In this document: piece after piece, positions 16,527-25,706 of the stretch
Position numbering within the stretch: the stretch's first letter is position 1
Layout of the letters: the number at the start of each line of letters is the position of its first letter
DNA from: an uncultured Candidatus Saccharibacteria bacterium
GTDB taxonomy: Bacteria > Patescibacteriota > UBA1384 > XYA2-FULL-43-10 > 1-14-0-10-43-13
Reading direction: 5' to 3'
NCBI GenBank assembly: GCA_964628585.1
Contig: CAZVMH010000005.1
Span: 2,491 to 66,490, forward strand
DNA: 64,000 nucleotides
Position numbers and translations under genes: made by a program
Notes under the pieces: generated by a model
What the model saw: only the letters and a program-made list of their open reading frames with translations
What the model was told of the DNA's origin: nothing
The model's database searches: none

Positions 16527-17885
16527 TTATTCGATACCCTTATAATCATCGCCCACAATGATCTTTATTTGTGCAGTCTGATTTTCAGACGGTTTTTTAC
16601 TCACAACTAAACAATTAAGCTTTAATTTTAATTCATCGACTAAGTCATTCTCACTTGTTTCAAGATAACTGTAAAGAATGGTTTGTTTATATTTTTCGGT
16701 ACTTGTGGTAACACTGACCACGTTATAACCTAATTTTTTGAGCGAAACAGACAATTTCTCACCTAAACCGGCTGTTTTAGAACCATTCTCTATTGCGATT
16801 TTGATATCAACTGTATTTGCTGTGCTAAAAATATTTTTGGCGATCTGACGTAATACCGAAAAATTGCTAACTTTCGCCATTAAATAAAAAGTCCCGGAAG
16901 ACGAATCGGAGTATAGATGTCCGTCAGGACCGTTGTCTAGCACTTTGTTAATAATATTTGCAGAATCAACTTCTTTTACAGTATCGGCCAAGCTTTTAAT
17001 ATCGGATGCACTCATATCGGTACGAACATGATTCCCCACAATAGCTACAATATCTAATATCTTTTTTGGATTTGCAAAAACCCCTGCTTTCATCGCTTTT
17101 TCTTTTGTCGCCCTAAGAATCAGTTGTTGCCTTCTAGCTCTATCAAAATCAGAAGTAGATTCTCTGGAACGAGCATATTTTAGGGCCGTTTTCCCGTCTA
17201 AGTGTTGTTGCCCTGCCTTTATAGAGAAAGTTGAATAACCCACCATTCTTTCATCGGGATAAGATGGATCATAAATTGCTTTTTCGACATAGACATCCAC
17301 TCCGCCCAATTCATCAATTAGTTTTTGAAAACCAACAAAGTCTACTGAAACATAGAAATGAATTGGTATTTCAAAAACATTTGAGACTGTTTGACGTGTT
17401 AAATTAGCACCAGCCGCCATTGCACTGTCTAGACATTGTGATTGGACCTTTTTCTTGCAATCTTTCTGTAAATAATCGTTATAACCATCTGCAAAAGCAG
17501 AATTAATTTTCCCAGATCCATGATTATTGATTGGCACATATAAATCCCGAGGGATAGAGATCATCGCCATTTTCTTTTCTTTTGGTTTTATCGAAAAAAT
17601 CATTAGTGAATCTGTTAAAAGTCCGCCAGGATGATTTTCGCCGCCTCTACCCATAACCAATATATTGACTCTATCCTGTTTAAAAATATCGCTCTGTTCG
17701 CCTTTAATAATACTAAAAAGACCAGAATCACCGCTCAAACCTTTATCAAAGACTCTTGATCCCGTGGCATAAAGATACGAAACATAAGACAAAATTATAA
17801 CAAGAATGGAGCCAAAAACTACTAGCCCAATTTTTCTTTTTTTCTTTTTTGGTTTATCTTTGTTTGTAGCGCTAAAAAACTTCAT
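16527..17885 (-). CDS. LCP (LytR-CpsA-Psr) family cell-wall glycopolymer transferase with a C-terminal LytR_C-like domain.
   Basis: N-terminal TM, then VNILVMGRGGENHPGGLLTDSLMIFSIKPKEKKMAMISIPRDLYVPI (LCP core), and ...ARSRESTSDFDRARRQQ (conserved Arg-rich region). Confidence 0.85.
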   Translation of the reverse strand: MKFFSATNKDKPKKKKRKIGLVVFGSILVIILSYVSYLYATGSRVFDKGLSGDSGLFSIIKGEQSDIFKQDRVNILVMGRGGENHPGGLLTDSLMIFSIKPKEKKMAMISIPRDLYVPINNHGSGKINSAFADGYNDYLQKDCKKKVQSQCLDSAMAAGANLTRQTVSNVFEIPIHFYVSVDFVGFQKLIDELGGVDVYVEKAIYDPSYPDERMVGYSTFSIKAGQQHLDGKTALKYARSRESTSDFDRARRQQLILRATKEKAMKAGVFANPKKILDIVAIVGNHVRTDMSASDIKSLADTVKEVDSANIINKVLDNGPDGHLYSDSSSGTFYLMAKVSNFSVLRQIAKNIFSTANTVDIKIAIENGSKTAGLGEKLSVSLKKLGYNVVSVTTSTEKYKQTILYSYLETSENDLVDELKLKLNCLVVSKKPSENQTAQIKIIVGDDYKGIE

Positions 17886-17935
17886 TGTATGTTAAACCTT
17901 TATCTTATACTAATAAGTATTATACGAAAAAAAAG

Positions 17936-18346
17936 TTACTTAAGTCTAGACTTTGGTCTGGTAATATTCGGCATATGATCATATTTAGGCATTACAGGAC
18001 CTGAGTATTCATCTTTAATAATATTGGATTTATCTGAAATATTATTGACTGGTATATTCAAACCAAAAGCTAAAATATTTGCAGTCGTTACACCAACACG
18101 AAGTGAAGTATATAGACCAGGCCCAGGGTTTACTTCAATTGCACCAATATCCTTTTTGCTTAGGTTATGTTTTTTAAGAAATCGGTCGATATTAACAAGC
18201 AAAGTGTCAGTCAATTTCATTCCTTCGATTTTCATAGTACCTGTCATTTCACGATCACAAACTAATCCGATTGTTGGGGTCTCTGAAGCTGAATCAATTT
18301 GCAACACATATTCATTTTTCATGTTCAATCTTTCTTGAGTTTTCAT
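17936..18346 (-). CDS. tsaB: Minimal TsaB/YeaZ-like tRNA t6A biosynthesis protein (136 aa).
   Basis: LVCDREMTGTMKIEGMKLTDTLLVNIDRFLKKHNLSKKDIGAIEVNPGPGLYTSLRVGVTTANILAFGLNIPV matches the TsaB N-lobe. Adjacent to tsaE. Confidence 0.7.
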   Translation of the reverse strand: MKTQERLNMKNEYVLQIDSASETPTIGLVCDREMTGTMKIEGMKLTDTLLVNIDRFLKKHNLSKKDIGAIEVNPGPGLYTSLRVGVTTANILAFGLNIPVNNISDKSNIIKDEYSGPVMPKYDHMPNITRPKSRLK

Positions 18347-18743
18347 TAATATATGAGAATTTTATCTTTTTGATCTGTTTTGTAAAAAGTGACTCAATTT
18401 TTTTTGGCCATTCAATTATCAAAACTGTGTCTTCTTTGCCAATAAGTTCCAATAAACCAATTGCCTCTGCATCAGCTGTATTATTAAGGCGATAACAATC
18501 CAAATGTGCAATGTTTTTTATATTATTGATTGATTCTGGCAACTGGTATTGCTTCATTATGACGAATGTTGGACTATTAATGATTCGCTCTACACCCAAT
18601 GCTTTAGCGAAATAGCGAGCAAAGGTCGTTTTACCACTTCCCAAGTCTCCGTACAGAGCAAAAACGTCACCGCCTTTTGCATTTTTTGCAATTTTTTGGG
18701 CAATTTCTAAAGTTTCTTTTTCAGAATGAGAGATATATTCCAT
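18312..18743 (-). CDS. tsaE: tRNA t6A ATPase TsaE/YjeE.
   Basis: Walker A LYGDLGSGKTTFARYFAKALGV. Conserved INSPTFVIMKQY motif. Confidence 0.85.
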   Translation of the reverse strand: MEYISHSEKETLEIAQKIAKNAKGGDVFALYGDLGSGKTTFARYFAKALGVERIINSPTFVIMKQYQLPESINNIKNIAHLDCYRLNNTADAEAIGLLELIGKEDTVLIIEWPKKIESLFTKQIKKIKFSYINENSRKIEHEK

Positions 18744-19957
18744 AAAAAAGTGAGCATTAATCCAAAAATTGGATATATAAATGGTGGTACGCCTGTCTTT
18801 GGCAAGGTCACTTTTGCAACAGAGACAATTTTAACATCTTCCTGCTTGAATGGCAATATCCTTAAAATTCCATTGTAAGTTGATAAGACTCCGGCAATTT
18901 GAAAAGTATCACCTTTTTTCATTGCTGGCTTTTCAATATTCGTTCCTTCTTTAATGATAACTTTTATCTCTTTGCCTTTCGAATCAGCGATTGAAAAAGT
19001 ATCACCAGAGGTTGAAACCACCACTCCAGTTGTTTGAATATACTCACCAACCTGATCGTTTGTGATATCGCTGATTATTCTTTCCATGGGAGGATCAATT
19101 TCTTTGTGGTTTATCATAGTAATGTCCAATGGGTCAACTATTTTAATTCTTCTCTCTCCTGAAATTGAGGAAATTTCGCCCATAACCGATATTAAGTCTC
19201 CTTCTGTTAAGGTTGGAAAATCTTTATCATAATTATAGATTTGAATTCCACCGGTTTCATCCTGAATATAAAAATAATTTGATGATAGTTGCCCCGGTAT
19301 TGCTGTTACTATACCCTGAACCAAAACTTCTTCTCCGTTTTCTTTTCCTTCGGCTGATGCAATTGAAATAATTTCTTGTCCGCCCGTGTCTTCATCTATG
19401 ATGCTCGGAACTTCATATTTAATATTTGTTTCTCCTGGCGTTGGAATTGATATCAACAAATCACTAGCACTATCTGTATCAACACCATTTGGCAATCGAG
19501 ATATGGATTTACCTCGATAATTATCGAGATTTAAAGTGACAGAATCGACAGGAGTATCTGCTCCAAATATTAAAGTTAGAATATCTTCGCTAGCATAATT
19601 GATTCTGAATGTTAAAACATTGTTAGGCGCCATTTCTGTATCTGTAGATCTATAAAGTATAAAGTATTGCTCACTCCCAATTTCATCGAACAATGATAGA
19701 TCAATAGTATTGCCAGTTTTTCTACTAATAAAATAGCCTTTTAATGAAATCGGATCAGCGGTTGGATTATATAATTCGATGAATTGATCCGAATAATTTA
19801 GAACATCTGTCCCAGTAAAAATTTCATTTATAAGAAGATGATCTGCCCTTGCCGCCGCATTTTCTGCTCTACAATGAGAAAAATTAAATAAAAAAATTGC
19901 ACCCAATACAAATGTGCAACAATATAATAACTTTTTAATTGCCCCAACCTTTTTCAT
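18707..19957 (-). CDS. Cell-wall-anchored surface protein with a lamin-tail domain (LTD) and a C-terminal LPXTG sortase sorting signal.
   Basis: Signal peptide. LTD HLLINEIFTGTDVLNYSDQFIELYNPTADPISLKGYFIS. C-terminus VTLPKTGVPPFIYPIFGLMLTFLWNISLILKKKL, i.e. an LPKTG motif plus hydrophobic helix plus positively charged tail. Confidence 0.75.
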   Translation of the reverse strand: MKKVGAIKKLLYCCTFVLGAIFLFNFSHCRAENAAARADHLLINEIFTGTDVLNYSDQFIELYNPTADPISLKGYFISRKTGNTIDLSLFDEIGSEQYFILYRSTDTEMAPNNVLTFRINYASEDILTLIFGADTPVDSVTLNLDNYRGKSISRLPNGVDTDSASDLLISIPTPGETNIKYEVPSIIDEDTGGQEIISIASAEGKENGEEVLVQGIVTAIPGQLSSNYFYIQDETGGIQIYNYDKDFPTLTEGDLISVMGEISSISGERRIKIVDPLDITMINHKEIDPPMERIISDITNDQVGEYIQTTGVVVSTSGDTFSIADSKGKEIKVIIKEGTNIEKPAMKKGDTFQIAGVLSTYNGILRILPFKQEDVKIVSVAKVTLPKTGVPPFIYPIFGLMLTFLWNISLILKKKL

Positions 19958-19989
19958 AATTATATTATACTATTAATTACAAATTGTAA

Positions 19990-21018
19990 TCAAAGAATTA
20001 ACATCGCGTCGCCGTAGGAGTAGAAACGATATTTTTTTGAGATTGCTTCAGCGTATGCTCTTTTAATATTTTTTTTGCCAGCGAAAGCTGAAACCAACAG
20101 CAAAAGACTTGATTTAGGCAGATGAAAATTTGTTATCAGCCCATCAATAACTTTAAATTCATAGCCCGGATAAATATAAATATTGGTTTGACCGATCAAG
20201 TCGTCAGTTGTAAGTTGTAAGTTGTAAGTTGAGAACAAATGTTCCAAAACTCTAGTCGTGGTTGTGCCAACGGCAATTACTCGTCCTCCGTTTTTCTTTG
20301 TCTGTAATATTTTTTCGACAGTTTCTTCTGGAACCTCGTAAAACTCTGAGTGGATTTTATGATCCTCAATTTCTTTTGTTTTAATTGATGACCAAGTCCC
20401 CATCCCAACATGCAAAGTCAGTTTGGCAAGGATTATTCCCTTGCGTTCGATCTTTTTTAATAGTCCTTTAGTAAAATGCAGGCCAGCTGTTGGAGCGGCG
20501 ACACTTCCAGTTTTATCAGCATATACAGTTTGATAATTTTTTATATCTGATGAAGTTTCTCTTTTGTCGATATATGGAGGAAGAGGAGTGTGGCCAATTT
20601 TTTCTATCGCTTTCCAAAAATTTTTTCCATCAATATTAAATTGTATGATAAATATTTCATTCTTTCTACCTAGAATCTTAGCGCTGATATTATTGCTAAA
20701 AATAATTGTCGAATTTAATTTTAAATTTTTCCCGACTACTTCCCAAGTGCCATCTTTCAACTGATGATTAAGAAGTGTTTCAATCTTTCCTCCTGTATCT
20801 TTTCTATGGCCAAAAAGACGAGCTGGAAAAACTTTTGAGTCATTTAGAACAAGTAGATCACCTTCTTTCAAGAAATCAACAACTTCATAAAAAGTATGAT
20901 GGATAAGTTTGCCACTTTTTTTGTCTAATACTAAAAGACGCGAATGATCTCTTGGATCCATTTGCGTTTTGGCGATTAGTATTTTTGGCAAAACATATTC
21001 GAAATCACTTAATTTCAT
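19990..21018 (-). CDS. queA: S-adenosylmethionine:tRNA ribosyltransferase-isomerase.
   Basis: MKLSDFEYVLPKILIAKTQMDPRDHSRLLVL...TAGLHFTKGLLKKIERKGI...GTTTTRVLE are hallmark QueA motifs. Confidence 0.93.
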   Translation of the reverse strand: MKLSDFEYVLPKILIAKTQMDPRDHSRLLVLDKKSGKLIHHTFYEVVDFLKEGDLLVLNDSKVFPARLFGHRKDTGGKIETLLNHQLKDGTWEVVGKNLKLNSTIIFSNNISAKILGRKNEIFIIQFNIDGKNFWKAIEKIGHTPLPPYIDKRETSSDIKNYQTVYADKTGSVAAPTAGLHFTKGLLKKIERKGIILAKLTLHVGMGTWSSIKTKEIEDHKIHSEFYEVPEETVEKILQTKKNGGRVIAVGTTTTRVLEHLFSTYNLQLTTDDLIGQTNIYIYPGYEFKVIDGLITNFHLPKSSLLLLVSAFAGKKNIKRAYAEAISKKYRFYSYGDAMLIL

Positions 21019-21908
21019 TTTAAATCGACTTCTTGACCTTCTTCTAGTCTTCCTTCTTCATTTTCTTGCTTCTCATCTGAAATTTTCGTGAAATAGATTC
21101 TATCAATATTATTTTTTTTGGTTTTATTATTTTTAGAATCCTGCTTTGTTATTACCCTGTTTTCAGAAATAATTTTTGTAGTCTTAATGACTGATTCTTT
21201 ACTCTTAATATTTTCTCCCTGATTTGATTCTACTTGCGGTGTAACAATTGTTTTATTCTGTTCTTTTTTGATTTTATCAATGTTTTTTAAAAGTAAATTA
21301 TCACATGAATCTTTTGAATAGCATTCCTCGCTTCCAAAATCTTCCAGTATCGTTGACTTAATGGTCTTATTATCTGGCTTGCTTCGTTTTGTGTAGGCTT
21401 CATGAAGATCTAAAATTTTTTTAGAAATTTCGTAAGGATGAGGAATATTTTTAAATGCAAAATTGGGTGTCTCAGCAGCAGTTTGGACATTAATATTACC
21501 ATAATGAAGAAGAGTAGGAAAAATTCCATCAACATGGGCGCTTACATCTTGAATCATACGCAAATTTAATTCGCTAATTTCTCTTTTGAAAAGACCATTT
21601 TGAACGATATCAACAATCCTCCGATCTGTAATAATGTAAACGTCTAAATAGAAATCAATAAAACCATTAATAAGCAATGCAAAAAGAAAGAGGACATATA
21701 TTGAACATGTCAAAATCGCAACATTCCCGACTAATTGAGTCATAAAATCTTGGTTGTTGATTGCATATGAAAAAAAGATTATCAAGGGAATTATTAGGAG
21801 GGTGGTTACAAACCAAAAAATTGCATAGGTAAACCAATGTCGTCGCAAGATAAGCAAAATTCTTTCATCTTTTTCCTGTGCTGGAAAAAGTCTTTTTTCA
21901 ATATTCAT
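21015..21908 (-). CDS. Membrane protein with a bacterial PH (bPH_2/YdbS-like) domain and a charged C-terminal tail.
   Basis: ILLILRRHWFTYAIFWFVTTLLIIPLIIFF then FIDFYLDVYIITDRRIVDIVQNGLFKREISELNLRMIQDV is a DUF304/bPH pattern. Lys/Glu-rich tail. Confidence 0.55.
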   Translation of the reverse strand: MNIEKRLFPAQEKDERILLILRRHWFTYAIFWFVTTLLIIPLIIFFSYAINNQDFMTQLVGNVAILTCSIYVLFLFALLINGFIDFYLDVYIITDRRIVDIVQNGLFKREISELNLRMIQDVSAHVDGIFPTLLHYGNINVQTAAETPNFAFKNIPHPYEISKKILDLHEAYTKRSKPDNKTIKSTILEDFGSEECYSKDSCDNLLLKNIDKIKKEQNKTIVTPQVESNQGENIKSKESVIKTTKIISENRVITKQDSKNNKTKKNNIDRIYFTKISDEKQENEEGRLEEGQEVDLK

Positions 21909-22114
21909 AAACTAAAATCCGAAGGCCAACTTCTTGTCGCGATTAAGACAAAAGTTACCGCAATTACAATAGCACTTAATACAATATATATAGCTATTAC
22001 TGGACGGGTTAAATCCCCCACGTAACCAAAACGATTTAGATGGTAAATAGCAGCCACACTAAAAATAATGAAGATGATTAATAAGATAAAGTAAATAAAC
22101 AACAAAGTTAACAT
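21905..22114 (-). CDS. Small two-TM membrane protein (69 aa).
   Basis: Hydrophobic helices LLFIYFILLIIFIIFSVAAIY and VIAIYIVLSAIVIAVTFVLIA. Overlapping start/stop with neighbours. Confidence 0.45.
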   Translation of the reverse strand: MLTLLFIYFILLIIFIIFSVAAIYHLNRFGYVGDLTRPVIAIYIVLSAIVIAVTFVLIATRSWPSDFSL

Positions 22115-22698
22115 TATTCCAATCTTCCTTCATCGGCCGATTCGTTGCAGCCACAATACTTAGGTATCATTATATCATGATTACGGGCATAATTTCTACC
22201 CTTCCAGTAACCTTTTCGAAAATCTTTATAAAATAAATTTATTTTATTTTGAGTTGCTAGTTCGAGCGCTTTGTCCCAAATTTCTTCATGATCTCTGTAG
22301 GGAGAACAGAGCATTGTTGTAGTAAAATATTTTAGTCGCAATTTTTTTGTTTGTCTGACTAAATTGTTGATTAATAAAGAGACACAAATTTGACAACGGT
22401 TCCTTCTGTATCTCTTTTTATCAGAGATATATTTTATCGAATGTTGATCTTGATACGGCATCAAAATTGAAAAAAAGTCTTGAATATCATAAGGAGGAAT
22501 AATAAGTTTAATCTCACTTGCTTCACAAAGTTTTTTTACATCGGAAAGCCTTCTTAGGTATTCCGCCCTGCCATGAACTTCTGGATGATAGAAGTAAGCA
22601 ATAATTTTAAAATTATTTTCTTCCAATATTGAAAAAACATTACTGGCGCAAGCAGCACAGCATACATGAACTAAAATTTTTCGGTGCGTAGCTACCAT
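22114..22698 (-). CDS. queH: Epoxyqueuosine reductase QueH (DUF208 family).
   Basis: ILVHVCCAACAS is the signature HxCCxxC cysteine cluster of QueH. Further Cys residues (RCQIC, CGC). Genomic context is next to queA. Confidence 0.75.
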   Translation of the reverse strand: MVATHRKILVHVCCAACASNVFSILEENNFKIIAYFYHPEVHGRAEYLRRLSDVKKLCEASEIKLIIPPYDIQDFFSILMPYQDQHSIKYISDKKRYRRNRCQICVSLLINNLVRQTKKLRLKYFTTTMLCSPYRDHEEIWDKALELATQNKINLFYKDFRKGYWKGRNYARNHDIMIPKYCGCNESADEGRLE

Positions 22699-22713
22699 TG
22701 AGTTATAAATTTA

Positions 22714-23736
22714 TTAAAATAATTTTTGTTTGTTGATATCTGACTTTATCTCCAAATGATTAGATGCGGCTATGGTTGCAATTCTTCCCTTTGGTGTACG
22801 ATCAATAAAACCCAGTTGCAACAGATACGGCTCAATTACATCCTCGACCGTATCTCGATCTTCTGAAATGGCAGCACAAATTGTATCGAGTCCGACCGGC
22901 CCGCCACTAAATTTGCCAATAATACAATTTAGATATTCCCTGTCATTTCTGTCTAACCCTAACTCATCAATATCAATTTTTTTTAGCGCCTCAGCTGCAA
23001 TGCGCTTGTCAACGCTACCCTTGTGTTTAACTTCAGCATAATCTCTAACTCGTTTTAATATACGGTTGGCAATTCTAGGAGTCTTTCTGCTCCTTTTAGC
23101 AATCTCTAAAATCCCATCTTCATCAATTTCTACTCTTAATATTTTGGCTGCCCTCCTAATAATCTCTGCCACCTCTTCTATTGTATAGAATTCGAGTCTA
23201 TGGACTGCACCAAATCGATCACGTAAAGGAGAAGAAAGGGAACCAATTTTGGTAGTAGCACCGACCAAAGTGAACCGAGGTAAGTTTAAACGCATAGTTT
23301 TAGCGGATGGGCCTTTGCCTAAAATCAAATCTATGGCATAATCCTCCATTGCAGGGTAGAGAACTTCTTCAATGTTTCGATTAAGTCTGTGTATCTCATC
23401 TATAAATAAAATATCGCCGTTCTTTAAGTTAGTCAGAATTGAGGCCAAATCTCCAGCTCTCTCGATGGCTGGTCCGGAGGTAACCTTTATCCCGACCCCG
23501 GTTTCACCAGCAATGATATGGGCAAGAGTTGTTTTTCCGAGACCTGGAGGCCCATAAAGCATGACATGTTCAATTGCCTCACCCCGCTTTTGAGCTGCCT
23601 CAATAAAAATTAAAAGATTTTCTTTGATTTGAGATTGTCCGACATAATCAGCAAAACGTTTAGGACGCAAAGTGTTTTCAAATTCCTCTTCAGAATTTAA
23701 CTCAAATTCTCCTTCAATATCAAATTCTTCATTCAT
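22714..23736 (-). CDS. ruvB: Holliday-junction branch-migration ATPase RuvB.
   Basis: [19 protein letters not shown]...[22 protein letters not shown]...[10 protein letters not shown]...RFG. Confidence 0.96.
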   Translation of the reverse strand: MNEEFDIEGEFELNSEEEFENTLRPKRFADYVGQSQIKENLLIFIEAAQKRGEAIEHVMLYGPPGLGKTTLAHIIAGETGVGIKVTSGPAIERAGDLASILTNLKNGDILFIDEIHRLNRNIEEVLYPAMEDYAIDLILGKGPSAKTMRLNLPRFTLVGATTKIGSLSSPLRDRFGAVHRLEFYTIEEVAEIIRRAAKILRVEIDEDGILEIAKRSRKTPRIANRILKRVRDYAEVKHKGSVDKRIAAEALKKIDIDELGLDRNDREYLNCIIGKFSGGPVGLDTICAAISEDRDTVEDVIEPYLLQLGFIDRTPKGRIATIAASNHLEIKSDINKQKLF

Positions 23737-23794
23737 TATTGTTAAATGGTTAAGTGGTTGCTTGTTTTGTGGTAAACTTTATAAACTTTATGAA

Positions 23795-24346
23795 CTACTT
23801 AATGTTTTTCAGACACCAACGTATTTGCTCTTCGCTCTCTAATAATCCCTTTGGAATTCGACTTAACACTCGTGCTACTTCTACCTTTTTATACCCCAAA
23901 GAAAGAAGTGCGTCCATTATTTCATCGGATTGATCCATTTTTTCTAAAATACCTGAATCTTCTAAACCAGATAATTTTGATTTTAACTCAAGTATAATTT
24001 TGGCTGCTGCTTTTTTACCTATTCCTGAAATTGGTAGAAAGAAATCAACATTTCCAATAACAATGGCATTCTGAATTTCGCCTATACTTGCTGATGACAT
24101 AATATTAAGACCAGCTTTTGGACCGATTCCATTTACTGAGATAAGTTTTTCAAAAAGTATGAGTTCTTCATACTTTTCAAAACCGTATAGATCATGACAA
24201 TCTTCACGGATTACTTCATGAATATATAGTTCCTTCTCGCCACCATAATTCTTTGTGCAAAATATTTTATACCCAACTCCACCCGCTTCTAAAATAAGTG
24301 AGCTACCTCCCGATAAAATTATTTTGCCTTTTAGATATGCGATCAT
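23795..24346 (-). CDS. ruvA: Holliday-junction DNA helicase subunit RuvA.
   Basis: MIAYLKGKI...GVGYKIF...LISVNGIGPKAGLNIMS (HhH motifs). Confidence 0.9.
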   Translation of the reverse strand: MIAYLKGKIILSGGSSLILEAGGVGYKIFCTKNYGGEKELYIHEVIREDCHDLYGFEKYEELILFEKLISVNGIGPKAGLNIMSSASIGEIQNAIVIGNVDFFLPISGIGKKAAAKIILELKSKLSGLEDSGILEKMDQSDEIMDALLSLGYKKVEVARVLSRIPKGLLESEEQIRWCLKNIK

Positions 24347-25704
24347 TGCAAACTTTTTATTAGTTTGTCCAATTCTTCTTCTTTTTCATTTTTTAAAGAC
24401 TCAGACTTAGCTTCAAGATTAAGGCGTAAAAATTTTTCTCCAGTGTTAGAAGTCCGCATATTGAAGCGCCAATCAGTAAATTCTATAGATAGGATATCCG
24501 TTCTATCAATAATCCCTGATTTGTATTTTTCTTCTGCTACTTTGAGGATATTATCAGCATTTGGAGTTTTATAATTAATCTCTCCAGAAATAAAATATTT
24601 CCGACGAACTGGTTCGATAATTTTTGAGAGCTTTTTTGCCTCCTTTGAAACGATCTCAATAACCTGCAGAAGCGGGAGCATGCCACAATCAGCGTACCAA
24701 AATTCTCGGTAGTATGTATGACCGCTCGATTCCCCAGAAAAGATTGCATTCTCTTTTCGCATACGAGCTTTGATGAAGGAATGGCCAACTCTTTCCATGA
24801 CAGCAACACTACCAGCTTCCTTCGTTGCCTCAATTAGAGCCCAAGTATACCTCGGATCATAAACGATTTTTTGTCCAGGAAATTTCTTTAAGATATCGCT
24901 GATTAGAATTGAATTGATAAAATAGGAATCCACAAAAAGACCATTGTCGTCAACAAAGAAAACTCTGTCGGCGTCAGCATCCCACATTACACCAAAATCG
25001 GCCTTTTCTTTTTTGACCAAATCAATAGTCTCCGTACGATTTTCTGGCACAAAAGGATCTGGTCTCCCTTTTGGAAAAGTGCCGTCAGGCTCAGCATTTA
25101 TGGAAATTATTTCAAACGGAAGGCTTCCCATTTCTATAAGTTTTTTCAATATTCTTCCTTCAAAACCAAAGTTTGGGTTAGCAACAATTTTTAAAGATTT
25201 AATTGATTTTTTATCAATAAAGTTTAAAAGGTAATTACAGTAGTCAATTAGAATTTCTTTTATCTCAACTTTACCCTTATTATCAGAAACAATTTTTTTA
25301 TCTGATAGAACAAAATCTTTTATATCTTCTATCCCAGAAACTCCCGAAATAGGAATGACATTCTCACGGACTAATTTAAATCCGTGGTATTCAGAGCTAT
25401 CATGAGAAGCGGTTACTTGGATGCCTCCACCATAACCGTAGTTGCCAGTAGCAAAATAAATCATTTCTGTTGAAATTAAACCGATGTCAACAACATCTAT
25501 CCCTGCGTCTGTAAGTCCAGAAATCATTGATTTCTTCAACTCTTCCGAATGGGTTCTAACATCATGACCGATTACAATAGGTTTCTTGGGTTTCACTAGA
25601 TCAACATAACCTTGAGCGATTTTATAGGCAATCTCTTCATTGATATTATCGGGATAGATTCCTCGTATGTCGTACGCTTTAAAAATTGATGGATCGATTT
25701 TCAT
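24343..25704 (-). CDS. Alpha-D-phosphohexomutase (phosphomanno-/phosphoglucomutase, possibly archaeal-type phosphoglucosamine mutase).
   Basis: Active-site serine loop GGGIQVTASHDSSEYHGFK. Metal-binding MWDADADR. Sugar-binding GESSGH. Four-domain length (453 aa). Confidence 0.85.
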   Translation of the reverse strand: MKIDPSIFKAYDIRGIYPDNINEEIAYKIAQGYVDLVKPKKPIVIGHDVRTHSEELKKSMISGLTDAGIDVVDIGLISTEMIYFATGNYGYGGGIQVTASHDSSEYHGFKLVRENVIPISGVSGIEDIKDFVLSDKKIVSDNKGKVEIKEILIDYCNYLLNFIDKKSIKSLKIVANPNFGFEGRILKKLIEMGSLPFEIISINAEPDGTFPKGRPDPFVPENRTETIDLVKKEKADFGVMWDADADRVFFVDDNGLFVDSYFINSILISDILKKFPGQKIVYDPRYTWALIEATKEAGSVAVMERVGHSFIKARMRKENAIFSGESSGHTYYREFWYADCGMLPLLQVIEIVSKEAKKLSKIIEPVRRKYFISGEINYKTPNADNILKVAEEKYKSGIIDRTDILSIEFTDWRFNMRTSNTGEKFLRLNLEAKSESLKNEKEEELDKLIKSLQ

Positions 25705-25706
25705 AT

